64,000 nt of DNA from an uncultured Actinomycetes bacterium (GTDB taxonomy: Bacteria > Actinomycetota > Actinomycetes > S36-B12 > CAIYMF01): positions 15,580 through 79,579 of the forward strand of contig CAVONS010000001.1 in the NCBI GenBank assembly GCA_963697345.1. The letters are read 5' to 3'. The translations under genes were made by a program, and so were the position numbers. Positions 8,558 to 17,375 of the stretch are shown here, in pieces (positions within the stretch are counted from its first letter, which is position 1; every line of letters starts with the position of its first letter). The notes under the pieces were generated by a model, which saw nothing but the letters and a program-made list of their open reading frames with translations, was not told where the DNA came from and did no database searches.

Positions 8558-9506
8558 GTGAGCCCTCCTGGTGGAGCTTGGTGAGCAGGGCCGCCATCGC
8601 GGCGGTCATGGGCTGGCCTGTTCGCTCCTCGACGAAGCGCCACTCACCCGCGGGGTTCACCTCGAGGAAGACGTATGCGCCATCTGCGGCCTTGAGCAGG
8701 TCGATGGCACCGTACACGAGCCCCAGGCGGGCCAGCAGTCGGCGCAGGCCGTCCTCGACGGATGGGGGAAGTGCGGTCGGGCGGAACCGGGCCCGGCCGA
8801 GGTCGACCCGGTAGTCCAGGTCGTAGCCCCCGGGCGACTTGGTGATCTCGGTGGCGAACAGGTCCTCGCCGATCACCGTCACGCGGAGGTCGGCGACAGC
8901 CTGCACCCGCTGCTGGAAGATCACCGGAGCCAGCGCGACGTGGTCGAGCAGGTCGACCTCCTCCTCGCGCAGGACGCGCGTCTCGCGCCAATGGGACTCG
9001 GTGGCCAGGAAGGTTTTATAGACGGTCTGCGCGGGCCCCCAACGCTCGACGAAGGCACTGGCCTGGGCGGGGTCGTTGGTGATCAGCGTCTCGGGGACGG
9101 GCAACCCGAGGTCTCCGGCCACGGCCAGCTGGTAGGGCTTGTGGTGCGCCACCTCATCGAGGTCCGGCGGGTTCACCCAGGTTGCGTCCAAGCTGTGCCA
9201 CATGCCCGACATGGCCTCGTGCGCCTCTGACAGGGCGAACGGAACCATGCCCGGCTCCAACTGCGGGTCCAGCCCGTAGGGCCGCGGTCGACGCCACCAC
9301 ACCACGCGCGTGGCATCGAGGTCGAACACAGCTCCGGCAGATTCCAGCACCGTCTGCCGCGTCCCGCCGCTGAAGTGCTGCGTCAGCCGGCTGTGCCGGG
9401 GGAACGCGCCGGTATCGACCATCGTCACCGGCGCCCCCGAGCGGTGCAGGTGTTCCAGCACGACGGCCGCGTGGTCGTCGTCGTCATGCGAGGCTACGAC
9501 GATCAC
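8547..9506 (-). CDS. ATP-grasp enzyme, MvdC/MvdD-like (RiPP-maturase type)
   Basis: N-terminal pre-ATP-grasp MIVVASHDDDDHAAVVLEHLHRSGAPVTMVDTGAFP. C-terminal DYRVDL...YGAIDLL...YVFLEVNPAGEWRFVEERTGQPM. GTG start at 9506. Confidence 0.8.
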   Translation of the reverse strand: MIVVASHDDDDHAAVVLEHLHRSGAPVTMVDTGAFPRHSRLTQHFSGGTRQTVLESAGAVFDLDATRVVWWRRPRPYGLDPQLEPGMVPFALSEAHEAMSGMWHSLDATWVNPPDLDEVAHHKPYQLAVAGDLGLPVPETLITNDPAQASAFVERWGPAQTVYKTFLATESHWRETRVLREEEVDLLDHVALAPVIFQQRVQAVADLRVTVIGEDLFATEITKSPGGYDLDYRVDLGRARFRPTALPPSVEDGLRRLLARLGLVYGAIDLLKAADGAYVFLEVNPAGEWRFVEERTGQPMTAAMAALLTKLHQEGSHDR

Positions 9507-9543
9507 GCGACCGCCTCGTCACGCTGGCGTGGCAGCGGTCGGC

Positions 9544-10851
9544 TCATCCAGCGCCCATGGCCTCGTCGTAGGCCGCCGCGATCGCGTCGCGGATTCCCTG
9601 CAACTGCCCCAGCTCCAGTCCGGCCTCGGCCGCCGCGGCCTGGGCCCGGCCCATTGCGGCTTCCACCTCCAGTAACTGGGTCTGCAGCGCCTCCAGCGCG
9701 CTGGCCGCGGCCACCTGCGCCTGCTCTTCGGCCCCCAGATCGGCGTGGTGGCCGGTCGCCATGGCGAACGGTCGCAACCCGCCCAGGGGGTTGGGGTTGA
9801 CCAGCGGCCCGCCACCACCCGGGAGGTTCGGCACGTCGTAGCCCGCCAGCTTGACCGGCCCGGGATCGCGCGGTGGCTTGCGCGGATCGCGCACGACCTT
9901 GATGATCCGCTCGTCATCGATGACCTTCTTGAACACCTTCGGGTCGCGCACCGGCTTCAGCGGTTCCCGCCAGAGCGGCTTGACCACGCCACCGCCGCAC
10001 CCGGGGTACATCGCCTGGACGGCCGCGATGTCACCGGGGCTCAGCCCGTTGCGCTGGCCGATCTGGGCAGTGGGATCGACCGGCGTGATCGTCTCGAGGC
10101 CGTTCTTGGAGAACGCCGTGCGCGGGTAGTGCATGATCGAGCCGTAGTCGTAGCCACCCAGGTCGTCGCCGTCGGTGATGTGCTGGGAGAACTGGGACGC
10201 CATCCCGGTCTGGATGTTCTGCCAGTTGATGGTCACGAACTGGTCGCGATCCTCACGGCTCTGCTCGTGCCACAGGCCGACCGTGTGGCCGATCTCGTGG
10301 ATCGCGTTGCCGGTGGAGCACCCGGTCCCGAGGCTGATCGTCTGGCGCCCGCCCCGCATGCCCAGCATCGACCAGCACCCGCCGCTGTCGGTGAAGAAGA
10401 CCCAGTTCGCCTCGGTCGTGCGCACCGGGAAGCGGAAGTTGGTGTTGGCCTCCCAGTGCGCGATCGCATCGGTGACCCGCGCCTGATTCGGAAGGTTCGG
10501 GTCGATCTCATAGGGGATCCGGCAGTTGGGCCAGCGGAACTGCTCTCCGGTGATCCCGACCCCGAACGCGACCCCTAGGCCGGCCTGGTCCCGCATCGCC
10601 GTGGTCGCCGAGTCGACGGCGTCCACCGACCCGAGGGCGATGTCGCCGTCGACGATGGCCATCCCGTCGACCTCCACGTACTGGATCGCCTTGATCCCGA
10701 ACGTGGTCCCGGCGATCAGCGCGGTCCCGATCCTCGGTTCGTCCGGCACAGTCCCGTACTGCTCGGCCCGCTGGACCTCGTCGCCCGCACCTGCGTCGTC
10801 GTGATTCGGTGGCGTTCCACCGCTGCCCCTGCCCTTTCCTGACGTTGCCAT
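9544..10851 (-). CDS. Astacin-family (M12A) zinc metallopeptidase without signal peptide; Lys/Arg-Asp-Pro repeat tail and Ala-rich helical C-terminus
   Basis: HEIGHTVGLWHEQSREDRD (HExxHxxGxxHE) and the SIMHY Met-turn. Tail: LKPVRDPKVFKKVIDDERIIKVVRDPRKPPRDPGPVK, then ...EALQTQLLEVEAAMGRAQAAAAEAG. ATG 10851 with a GAGAGG SD. Confidence 0.9.
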   Translation of the reverse strand: MATSGKGRGSGGTPPNHDDAGAGDEVQRAEQYGTVPDEPRIGTALIAGTTFGIKAIQYVEVDGMAIVDGDIALGSVDAVDSATTAMRDQAGLGVAFGVGITGEQFRWPNCRIPYEIDPNLPNQARVTDAIAHWEANTNFRFPVRTTEANWVFFTDSGGCWSMLGMRGGRQTISLGTGCSTGNAIHEIGHTVGLWHEQSREDRDQFVTINWQNIQTGMASQFSQHITDGDDLGGYDYGSIMHYPRTAFSKNGLETITPVDPTAQIGQRNGLSPGDIAAVQAMYPGCGGGVVKPLWREPLKPVRDPKVFKKVIDDERIIKVVRDPRKPPRDPGPVKLAGYDVPNLPGGGGPLVNPNPLGGLRPFAMATGHHADLGAEEQAQVAAASALEALQTQLLEVEAAMGRAQAAAAEAGLELGQLQGIRDAIAAAYDEAMGAG

Positions 10852-11404
10852 ATGTCAACCTCTCGTTGGCGTCGGCGCCGTTCGACTGAACGATCGCCTC
10901 CACTCTCCTCGCGGCCCCGCGCCAGTGTCAATGGTCAGGGCAGCCTCACCTGATGCCGCCGCTCTAGGACCGCGTTCCCGGATGCCGTGCTTGCGCGGAC
11001 GAGGCCGGCACGCCGCTGCGCCCTGAGACGCTGGAACTTGAGTGGGACCGACTGTGCCAGCAGGCCAGCGAGGCGGAGCGGGCGGCTGAGCGAGCGGAAG
11101 CCCCGGTCGTCGGGCTGCACGCGGCCCCGCACGAGGAGGTGACGATCCTGCGTGCCGCGGGCCTTTCGGATCGTGACAGTCGTTGCGCGGCTGGGTCAAG
11201 GGGAGAACGTGATGCGTGCAGGGCGCGGTTTTGGAGGCCACCGTGAAACGTCGCCGACGTCGACCTCCATCCGGGCACTGGGGCCTTCTGGCCCTTGTCT
11301 GACAAACGCGAGGTCGGGACGCTGTTGATGGAAGTTCGTTGGCGGGACAGTAGGTTCGATCCCGCGCAACAGGGGGTCTTGGGTGGCTTCCGGGAAGGGG
11401 CGGC

Positions 11405-13000
11405 ATGATCGACGTGGTGGATGGTGCCGACAAGGTCGGCGTACAGGCGTCCGATCGGCCGGACGCGCAGGCGGGCAGCCCCAGCGGCCACCTGCTGTCC
11501 CGGACTGGGGGAGCGCTGACCGGGAATGCGGCCCGATGGGCCTTTCCGTTGATGGTGGCCGTCTCGGTAGGCGCTTTCGCGATGTGTTTCCCCGACGAGG
11601 AGTTCAGCGGACGGTGGTGGGTAAGTCTGGCGATCTTCCTGCTGCTGTCAGGATTCCCGAGTTGGCTCTACCTTCGATTTCTCAGGATCAAGTTGACACC
11701 GATCTACCGTGAGTTTGTGCACAGCCTGCACCGACTCGGGATAGACGATCCGGGCAATCTGCCCCGCCCCTTGGAGTCGTCTCCCTATTTCGACGCTTGG
11801 CAAGAGGAACGGTGCCGGCAGGCAGCCAAGCGTCAAGCGGACACTCCCGGTCCGGGGACGAATCTGTACGACCAGAAGTTCGTTGCGTACTTCGGCCGTT
11901 TCGACGAAGACGCGCGCTTCAGCGGTATCGGCAGTCTTCTCCCGGTCGTGGCCGCATGGATCGCGTTCGGAGTCGGTTGGCTGACCATCATCTGCAACCC
12001 GGCGTTTGTGTATCCGGACTTGACCTTGGACGACGCGCTGAGATTCGGATTCATGGGCGCCTACGTGTTCAGCCTTCAACTGACCGTGCGGGCCTTCTTC
12101 CAGAACGATCTGCGTTCGGGCACATACGTGGGGATGGTGGAGAGGCTCGTCGTGGTCGCCGTGCTCGTTGCTGTCACCTATGTCGCTTGGACCAGCATCT
12201 TCGAGGGTGGATCCCAGCCGGGGCTGGCCGTCGTCGCGTTCGTCATCGGCTCCTTCCCGCTCGTCGGCCAGGAATGGGTAGGTCAGTTGGCCGCCTCGAA
12301 GCTTCGGAAGAGGGTGCCCTCTGTCATGTCTCGCCACCCCCTGTCCGAGATCGATGGCATGAATGTCTGGTATCAAGCCAGACTCCTCGAGGAAGGCATC
12401 GAGGATGTGCAGAACTTGGCTACCGCGAACATCGTCGACGTCGTCATGCACTCGCGGGCACCGGTAGGTCGCATCGTCGACTGGATCGATCAGGCGCTGC
12501 TGCGCCAGCACCTCCCACCCAATCAGGCGACGGATCGCCCGGACGAGGTCGACCACGAGTCCGACAAGGCCCTAATCGCGGCCCTATATGCACTCGGCGT
12601 ACGAACAGCGACCAACCTGCTCGAGCTGCATGCACCGCTAAGCGTCAAATCCGTCTCGAGGCTTCGGCGCGACGTGCCTACGCTTGAGCCGCACGACCGT
12701 TCGGCTGAGGCGTTTGCCCGGAACATGCTGGACATCGTCCCGGACAGCCGACTGCGCCACGTGGTCGAGGTGCGGATGCTCGCAATCATGCGCTGTCTCG
12801 GATCAGAGCCGAATCTGATGTATGTCCTCAACTGGCGGATCGGCCACATGACGCCGCCCCGCAAGAGCGCCGATGAAGCGCTGCCCGTTGCGCGTGTCAC
12901 GACGAGCCCATCCTCCGAGATCCCGACAGCGGAGCCTGACGTCACCGTTGGGCAGCCAGTCGTCTCAGCGCCGCCGACGCCCGCTCCGGTCGGCCCGTGA
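11405..13000 (+). CDS. Multi-pass membrane protein of unknown function, convergent with the sheath gene
   Basis: ATG 11405 after GGGAAGGGG. Several hydrophobic helices (WAFPLMVAVSVGAFAM, WWVSLAIFLLLSGFPSWLYL, LLPVVAAWIAFGVGWLTII, LVVVAVLVAVTYVAW, LAVVAFVIGSFPLVG). Soluble C-terminal half. No family recognised. Confidence 0.8.
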   Translation: MIDVVDGADKVGVQASDRPDAQAGSPSGHLLSRTGGALTGNAARWAFPLMVAVSVGAFAMCFPDEEFSGRWWVSLAIFLLLSGFPSWLYLRFLRIKLTPIYREFVHSLHRLGIDDPGNLPRPLESSPYFDAWQEERCRQAAKRQADTPGPGTNLYDQKFVAYFGRFDEDARFSGIGSLLPVVAAWIAFGVGWLTIICNPAFVYPDLTLDDALRFGFMGAYVFSLQLTVRAFFQNDLRSGTYVGMVERLVVVAVLVAVTYVAWTSIFEGGSQPGLAVVAFVIGSFPLVGQEWVGQLAASKLRKRVPSVMSRHPLSEIDGMNVWYQARLLEEGIEDVQNLATANIVDVVMHSRAPVGRIVDWIDQALLRQHLPPNQATDRPDEVDHESDKALIAALYALGVRTATNLLELHAPLSVKSVSRLRRDVPTLEPHDRSAEAFARNMLDIVPDSRLRHVVEVRMLAIMRCLGSEPNLMYVLNWRIGHMTPPRKSADEALPVARVTTSPSSEIPTAEPDVTVGQPVVSAPPTPAPVGP

Positions 13001-13074
13001 CTCAGACCCTGGGACGACCGGGAGCGAGACGAAGTTGGCTGCCCCCTCGGGACGCCGCGGCCCAGTCCTGAGGG

Positions 13075-14658
13075 TTACCGGCCCGGAGGCGCCGTGGACT
13101 GGCGGAGCCTGATGATGATGAACTCGCTCGGTCTTAGTGGTGCGAAGCCGACGAGCGTGTTCACGATTCCCCGGTCGATGTCGGCTTGGGTTGTGGTGCT
13201 GCGGTCGCACCGGACGAAGTAGGCGTCGCGCGGCGTGGTGCCTTGGAAAGCGCCGGCCCGGAACAGGGTGTCCAGGAAGTTGTCGACCGTCGTGCGCAGC
13301 GCGGCCCACAGCGGCTCGCCGTTGGGCTCGAAGACCACCCACCGGGTGCCCCGCTCCAGGCTCTCCTGGATGAACAGCGCGGTGCGCCGCACGGGCAGGT
13401 ACTTCCATTCCGATCGGGTCGCATCAGCCCCGGCGGCGGTGCGCGCCCCCCACACCACCGGACCGGAGGAGGCCAGTTCGCGCAGGCAGTTGATTCCCAG
13501 TCGGGTCAGCGCCCCGGTCTCCTCAGTGGTCAAGGTCCTGGTCAGCGCCGATACCCCGAGCAGGGTGCTCTCGCGGCCGGCCGGTGCCTTCCACACCCCG
13601 CGCTGTGCGTCGGTGCGGGCCAGCACTCCGGCGATGGCCCCGGCGGCGGGGAACGCCTCGACCTGGTCGCCGTGCAGGGGGTTCGCCGCCTCGATGCGGG
13701 GGACGTAAACGGCGGCGTTGGCTCCGATCGCCCCGATCCCACCGGCGGCTGCGGCGGCCACATTCGGGGTTGTACTCCAAGTGGTGGGGCCGTCGAGCAG
13801 CAGGATCGCGTGCCGCTTCTGGCAGTACGCGTGCGCGGCGCTGACCACTACCGGATCCAGGTCATCGGACGGCGGGTCGGGCGGGATGACCAGCAGGCTG
13901 AACAGGTCGACGTCCTCCAGGGCGTACAGGCCGGTCCGGTCCGCCCCCGCGGCGGAGCCCAGCAGGCTGGTCTGGGTCAGCGCGCCCCCGTCGGTGCCCC
14001 CGTCGCCCGGGTCGTCAGCCACCCCGGTGCTGGTGGTGTCCGACGCCCACGGCGATTGCCCCACGCCCGGGTCCGGGTGGGGTTCCGGCCGGGATGTGGT
14101 CAAACCGGGTCCGGGGGCCAGCAGTCGGAGCAGGCTCGACCTGCTGGCCAGCATGGTCCCCAGGTCGCGGGGATGCCCGGCGATGCCGACGGTGACGTCC
14201 TGGTGCGCCTCGACATGACCGGTGCCGCCGTCGCGGATCGTGAGGTTGAACAGCGACTGGGGTGTCTCGCCGAGGTCGGCCCGAGGCGGGCTGGTGTTGT
14301 GGTCGACCCGGACCCGTAGCTGGTTGCCCCAGGTCCCGGGGTCGGCGGCCACCAGGGTCAGCGGGCCGTGGCGCAGGACCGCCGGTCCCGCGGTCCCACC
14401 AACCACCCGCACGATGACGGCCGTCGACCCGCCGTTGGTGAAGAAGTCCCGGACCGCGAACCCCAGCAGGCTGCCGTCCCACAGGCCGCCGAACTGGCGC
14501 TGGAACGCTGTGAAGCTGTGGATCGCGACCGGGGTGTCGACTGGGCCACGTGCTGCGCGTCCGACGAACGCGCAGATCGACGTGGGCACCGCCGCGATGA
14601 CGCGCGGGCTGGGGATCTCGGGGATGAAACCCCCGGGAGTGCCTGGCTGCGAAGGCAT
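13075..14658 (-). CDS. Phage-tail/CIS sheath family protein (Afp2-4/Pvc2-4-like)
   Basis: N-terminus PGGFIPEIPSPRVIAAVPTSICAFVGRAARGP. C-terminus GVWKAPAG...GINCLR...VVWGARTAAG...EWKYLPVRRTALFIQESLERGTRWVVFEPN...PRDAYFVRCDRSTTTQADIDRGIVNTLVGFAPLRPSEFIIIRL. ATG 14658 after GGGAAGGGGA. Confidence 0.92.
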   Translation of the reverse strand: MPSQPGTPGGFIPEIPSPRVIAAVPTSICAFVGRAARGPVDTPVAIHSFTAFQRQFGGLWDGSLLGFAVRDFFTNGGSTAVIVRVVGGTAGPAVLRHGPLTLVAADPGTWGNQLRVRVDHNTSPPRADLGETPQSLFNLTIRDGGTGHVEAHQDVTVGIAGHPRDLGTMLASRSSLLRLLAPGPGLTTSRPEPHPDPGVGQSPWASDTTSTGVADDPGDGGTDGGALTQTSLLGSAAGADRTGLYALEDVDLFSLLVIPPDPPSDDLDPVVVSAAHAYCQKRHAILLLDGPTTWSTTPNVAAAAAGGIGAIGANAAVYVPRIEAANPLHGDQVEAFPAAGAIAGVLARTDAQRGVWKAPAGRESTLLGVSALTRTLTTEETGALTRLGINCLRELASSGPVVWGARTAAGADATRSEWKYLPVRRTALFIQESLERGTRWVVFEPNGEPLWAALRTTVDNFLDTLFRAGAFQGTTPRDAYFVRCDRSTTTQADIDRGIVNTLVGFAPLRPSEFIIIRLRQSTAPPGR

Positions 14659-14674
14659 CACGTCCCCTTCCCGT

Positions 14675-16189
14675 TCAGGCGGTCTGCCGGTCGATGCGTC
14701 GAAGCCCAAGCATGGCAGCGGATGACCTCCGGCGGCCGGCGCGTCCGGCCCCCGGGTGGTGTCGCGTGGCTGCCGGGTCCGTTGCCGCCTGACAAGGGAC
14801 GGAGACTCCTCGGGTGGTCGGGGGCTGCAGGAGGCGGGCGAACCGGTCCCGGTCGGGCAGGGCCAGCAGCGGGTAGTCGTGTAGGACGTGCAGGTTGCAC
14901 ATGGCCAGCACGTAGGAGTGCTGCAGCAGGTCGAGGGTGGTGTCGGTGCCGAGTTTGCGCAGCACGGTGGGCACCGTCTCGCTGCGCGTGGCCCAGGTTG
15001 CCCACGCGGCGCGGGTCTGGTCGTCGTCGCCGAGCAGGGCGATGACGGCACGGGCGCGCTGGGCCAGTTCGGGGGTCCTGGACTGCCGGTAGGCGTCTGC
15101 GACCGTGTAGGGGGTTTGGGCGATGTGCACCAGGGCCCCGCGCTGCCCGGTGCCGGTGCGCGCGACGGCCCGCCACCGGGCCACCATGTCCTGGCGGCGC
15201 CGTTCGGTGGTGACCTGGTACATGATGCTGCTGGCGCGTTGCAGGGTGGCTAGCTCGCCGAGCAGGATCAGCCGGGCCCGCCGCAGCCGGGTCCAGCCCG
15301 CGGCGCTGCTGGCGTTGACCACGATGACCTGGTCGAGGGTGCGCCCAACGGCCGGCAGGTCGGGTCGGTGCCGCAGTCGGGCGTCCAGGCCGCTGATCCA
15401 CTGGTCGGCCATGTTGTCGTACACCCCGCCGTCGGTGAGCAGGAACTCGCCCGCCCCGGCGGCTTGGCCGTGGCCGCCGCGGAACCCGTGGGGTGCGGTC
15501 TTCAACCGCCGGGGGGAGAACGCCCCGGGCAGGCACGCCGATGCCTGGACCGCGGTGGACAGGCGCAAGTCGGCCGGCGCGCCCAACCCGAGCCGGTAGG
15601 AGTACAGGAACTGGGGGCTCAGGTAGAGGTGCTCGGCGGACTGCAGCTCGGTGGCACACAGGATGTGATCGATCGACCGATCCAGGTCAGCCAGCCGGGT
15701 CGGCTTGCCCTCCCGGGCGAAGTGCGTTCTGGCCAGAGCGCGGTCGACGACCTCGGAGCGCCGTTCGAACCAGTACCCGACCACAACCAGCAGCACCAGG
15801 GCGGCGATCAGGGTCACCGCGGAGGCCCAGGTCAACCCGTCGGCCAGCAGTTGCACGATGCCGGCCAGCAGGGTCAGCACCGCCAGCCCGGCCCCGGCGA
15901 GCACCGACACGACGTAGCCGTTGGTCGCCGGGCCCCAGAAGAACAGCCCCGTGTCGGCCACGTGCCGGACCAACGGGGTCACCGTGCGGTCGAAGGTGGC
16001 GGTGTCGGTGGTCGGGAAGTCGACCTCGTGGGCGACCACGCCGTTGGCGATCGACCCGCGGGATACCGAGGAGATCGCGGCCACCTGCCGGTGCCTGCCG
16101 CTGTCGACCTGGTACAGCAGGGTTCCCAGCCCCCACATCGTTGCCCGGTGCCCGCCACCGGAGATCGCCACACCGATGTGCTGGTCCAT
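14675..16189 (-). CDS. Patatin-like phospholipase with an inserted two-helix hydrophobic hairpin
   Basis: ISGGGHRA oxyanion motif and the LTDGGVYDN catalytic-Asp motif. The nucleophile elbow reads SVSRG rather than GxSxG. Hydrophobic stretch: VVSVLAGAGLAVLTLLAGIVQLL...ASAVTLIAALVLLVVVGYWF. ATG 16189 after GGGAGG. Confidence 0.82.
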   Translation of the reverse strand: MDQHIGVAISGGGHRATMWGLGTLLYQVDSGRHRQVAAISSVSRGSIANGVVAHEVDFPTTDTATFDRTVTPLVRHVADTGLFFWGPATNGYVVSVLAGAGLAVLTLLAGIVQLLADGLTWASAVTLIAALVLLVVVGYWFERRSEVVDRALARTHFAREGKPTRLADLDRSIDHILCATELQSAEHLYLSPQFLYSYRLGLGAPADLRLSTAVQASACLPGAFSPRRLKTAPHGFRGGHGQAAGAGEFLLTDGGVYDNMADQWISGLDARLRHRPDLPAVGRTLDQVIVVNASSAAGWTRLRRARLILLGELATLQRASSIMYQVTTERRRQDMVARWRAVARTGTGQRGALVHIAQTPYTVADAYRQSRTPELAQRARAVIALLGDDDQTRAAWATWATRSETVPTVLRKLGTDTTLDLLQHSYVLAMCNLHVLHDYPLLALPDRDRFARLLQPPTTRGVSVPCQAATDPAATRHHPGAGRAGRRRSSAAMLGLRRIDRQTA

Positions 16190-16219
16190 GCCCGCACCTC
16201 CCAGTTCCACACCGGCCCG

Positions 16220-17374
16220 CTACGGGCCGGTCATTCGCAACGCTGATCGCAGGGCGGTGGCCGTCGGCCCCCGGCTGGGGGTGTCACCCAGGCGCCACAC
16301 CTGCGGGTTGCGGCGCTCCTCCAGGACCGTGACCACGCTCCCCAGGGTTCGGCCGTCGGTGTCCCGGTCGGCGGTGTAGTAGATCTTCAACGCCCAGTCC
16401 TGAACCTCGCGCCGCCCCCCGGAGCCTGCCTGCGGGTCACGGGCCTCCCGCAGGATCTCCTGGGCCAGGTCGTGGGGGAAGTGGTAGCGCGGGGAGTTCG
16501 GGGCGCAGGACACCACCGCCACCCGGGGGTTCACCCGTTCCATCAACTCGAGGTTGACCCCCCGCTTGGAGGCATGGTGCGACACCTTGAACACGTGGGC
16601 GCGCAGCAGGTCGACATCGCCGGTGGCCGCCGCGATCGCCGCCGAGCTGGCCGAGTTCGACTTCATCAGGTACGGGAAATCGGTCAGCACATAGGACCAG
16701 GACAGAGTTTGCGCGTCACCGCCGAGCACCAGCGACATCGCAGCCAGATCCCTGTCGACCACGTTGCCCGCTACGTCGCGGGTGAGCACCCGCGCAGCCG
16801 GGTGCTGGATCCGCAGCGAGATCGAGGAGTCGTTGATCTCCACCCCGTAGGTGTCGAACCGGTTGCGCAGGTGGATCGACGGGGACAGCACGGTGATCCC
16901 GGTACGCCCGATCCACCGGCTCAGCCCGGACGCCGGCTGGCTGTACACCAGACCGGTTCGCCGCTCCACCTCGGCCATCATCTGGTGGAACGCCCCGATC
17001 GGGTGGAAGTAGCCCGGGTCCCAGAACTCGGCCACCCGATCCCCCAGCCCACCCAGCACCGTGGCCATCCCCCCGATGTGGTCCTGGTGCGGATGGGTGG
17101 CCACCACCAGGGCCACATCGACCTCCGGCGCACCGGGCAGCAGCCCCACCTCAGTCAACTGCTTGACCAGCTTCAGGGGCTTGGCCGTGGCGGCGTCAAC
17201 AATGATCGCCCGGCGATGCCCGGCCACCGGGTCGGAGGGCAGCAGCACGACCTGAGCGTCGCCGTCGCCCACATTCAGCACGAACAACGCCAACGCGTCC
17301 GGGCGCCCAGCCAACTCGTCGACGAGGTCGGCCGTGGCGAACCGGTCGGCCGGGATCGGCTGCGGGGAGGCCAT
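16220..17374 (-). CDS. MBL-fold metallo-hydrolase (ComEC C-terminal-domain-like)
   Basis: VLNVGDGDAQVV...VVATHPHQDHIGG (HxHxDH)...KVSHHAS. The ATG at 17374 sits one base after the upstream stop (TGAC-ATG). Confidence 0.85.
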   Translation of the reverse strand: MASPQPIPADRFATADLVDELAGRPDALALFVLNVGDGDAQVVLLPSDPVAGHRRAIIVDAATAKPLKLVKQLTEVGLLPGAPEVDVALVVATHPHQDHIGGMATVLGGLGDRVAEFWDPGYFHPIGAFHQMMAEVERRTGLVYSQPASGLSRWIGRTGITVLSPSIHLRNRFDTYGVEINDSSISLRIQHPAARVLTRDVAGNVVDRDLAAMSLVLGGDAQTLSWSYVLTDFPYLMKSNSASSAAIAAATGDVDLLRAHVFKVSHHASKRGVNLELMERVNPRVAVVSCAPNSPRYHFPHDLAQEILREARDPQAGSGGRREVQDWALKIYYTADRDTDGRTLGSVVTVLEERRNPQVWRLGDTPSRGPTATALRSALRMTGP

Positions 17375-17375
17375 G

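Noticed and set aside
10855-11404. 550-bp divergent intergenic region. One plus-strand stretch (...APHEEVTILRAAGLSDRD...) faintly recalls a LuxR-type HTH.
   Set aside because: There is no open frame with a start codon, and the resemblance is too weak and short to call even a pseudogene.
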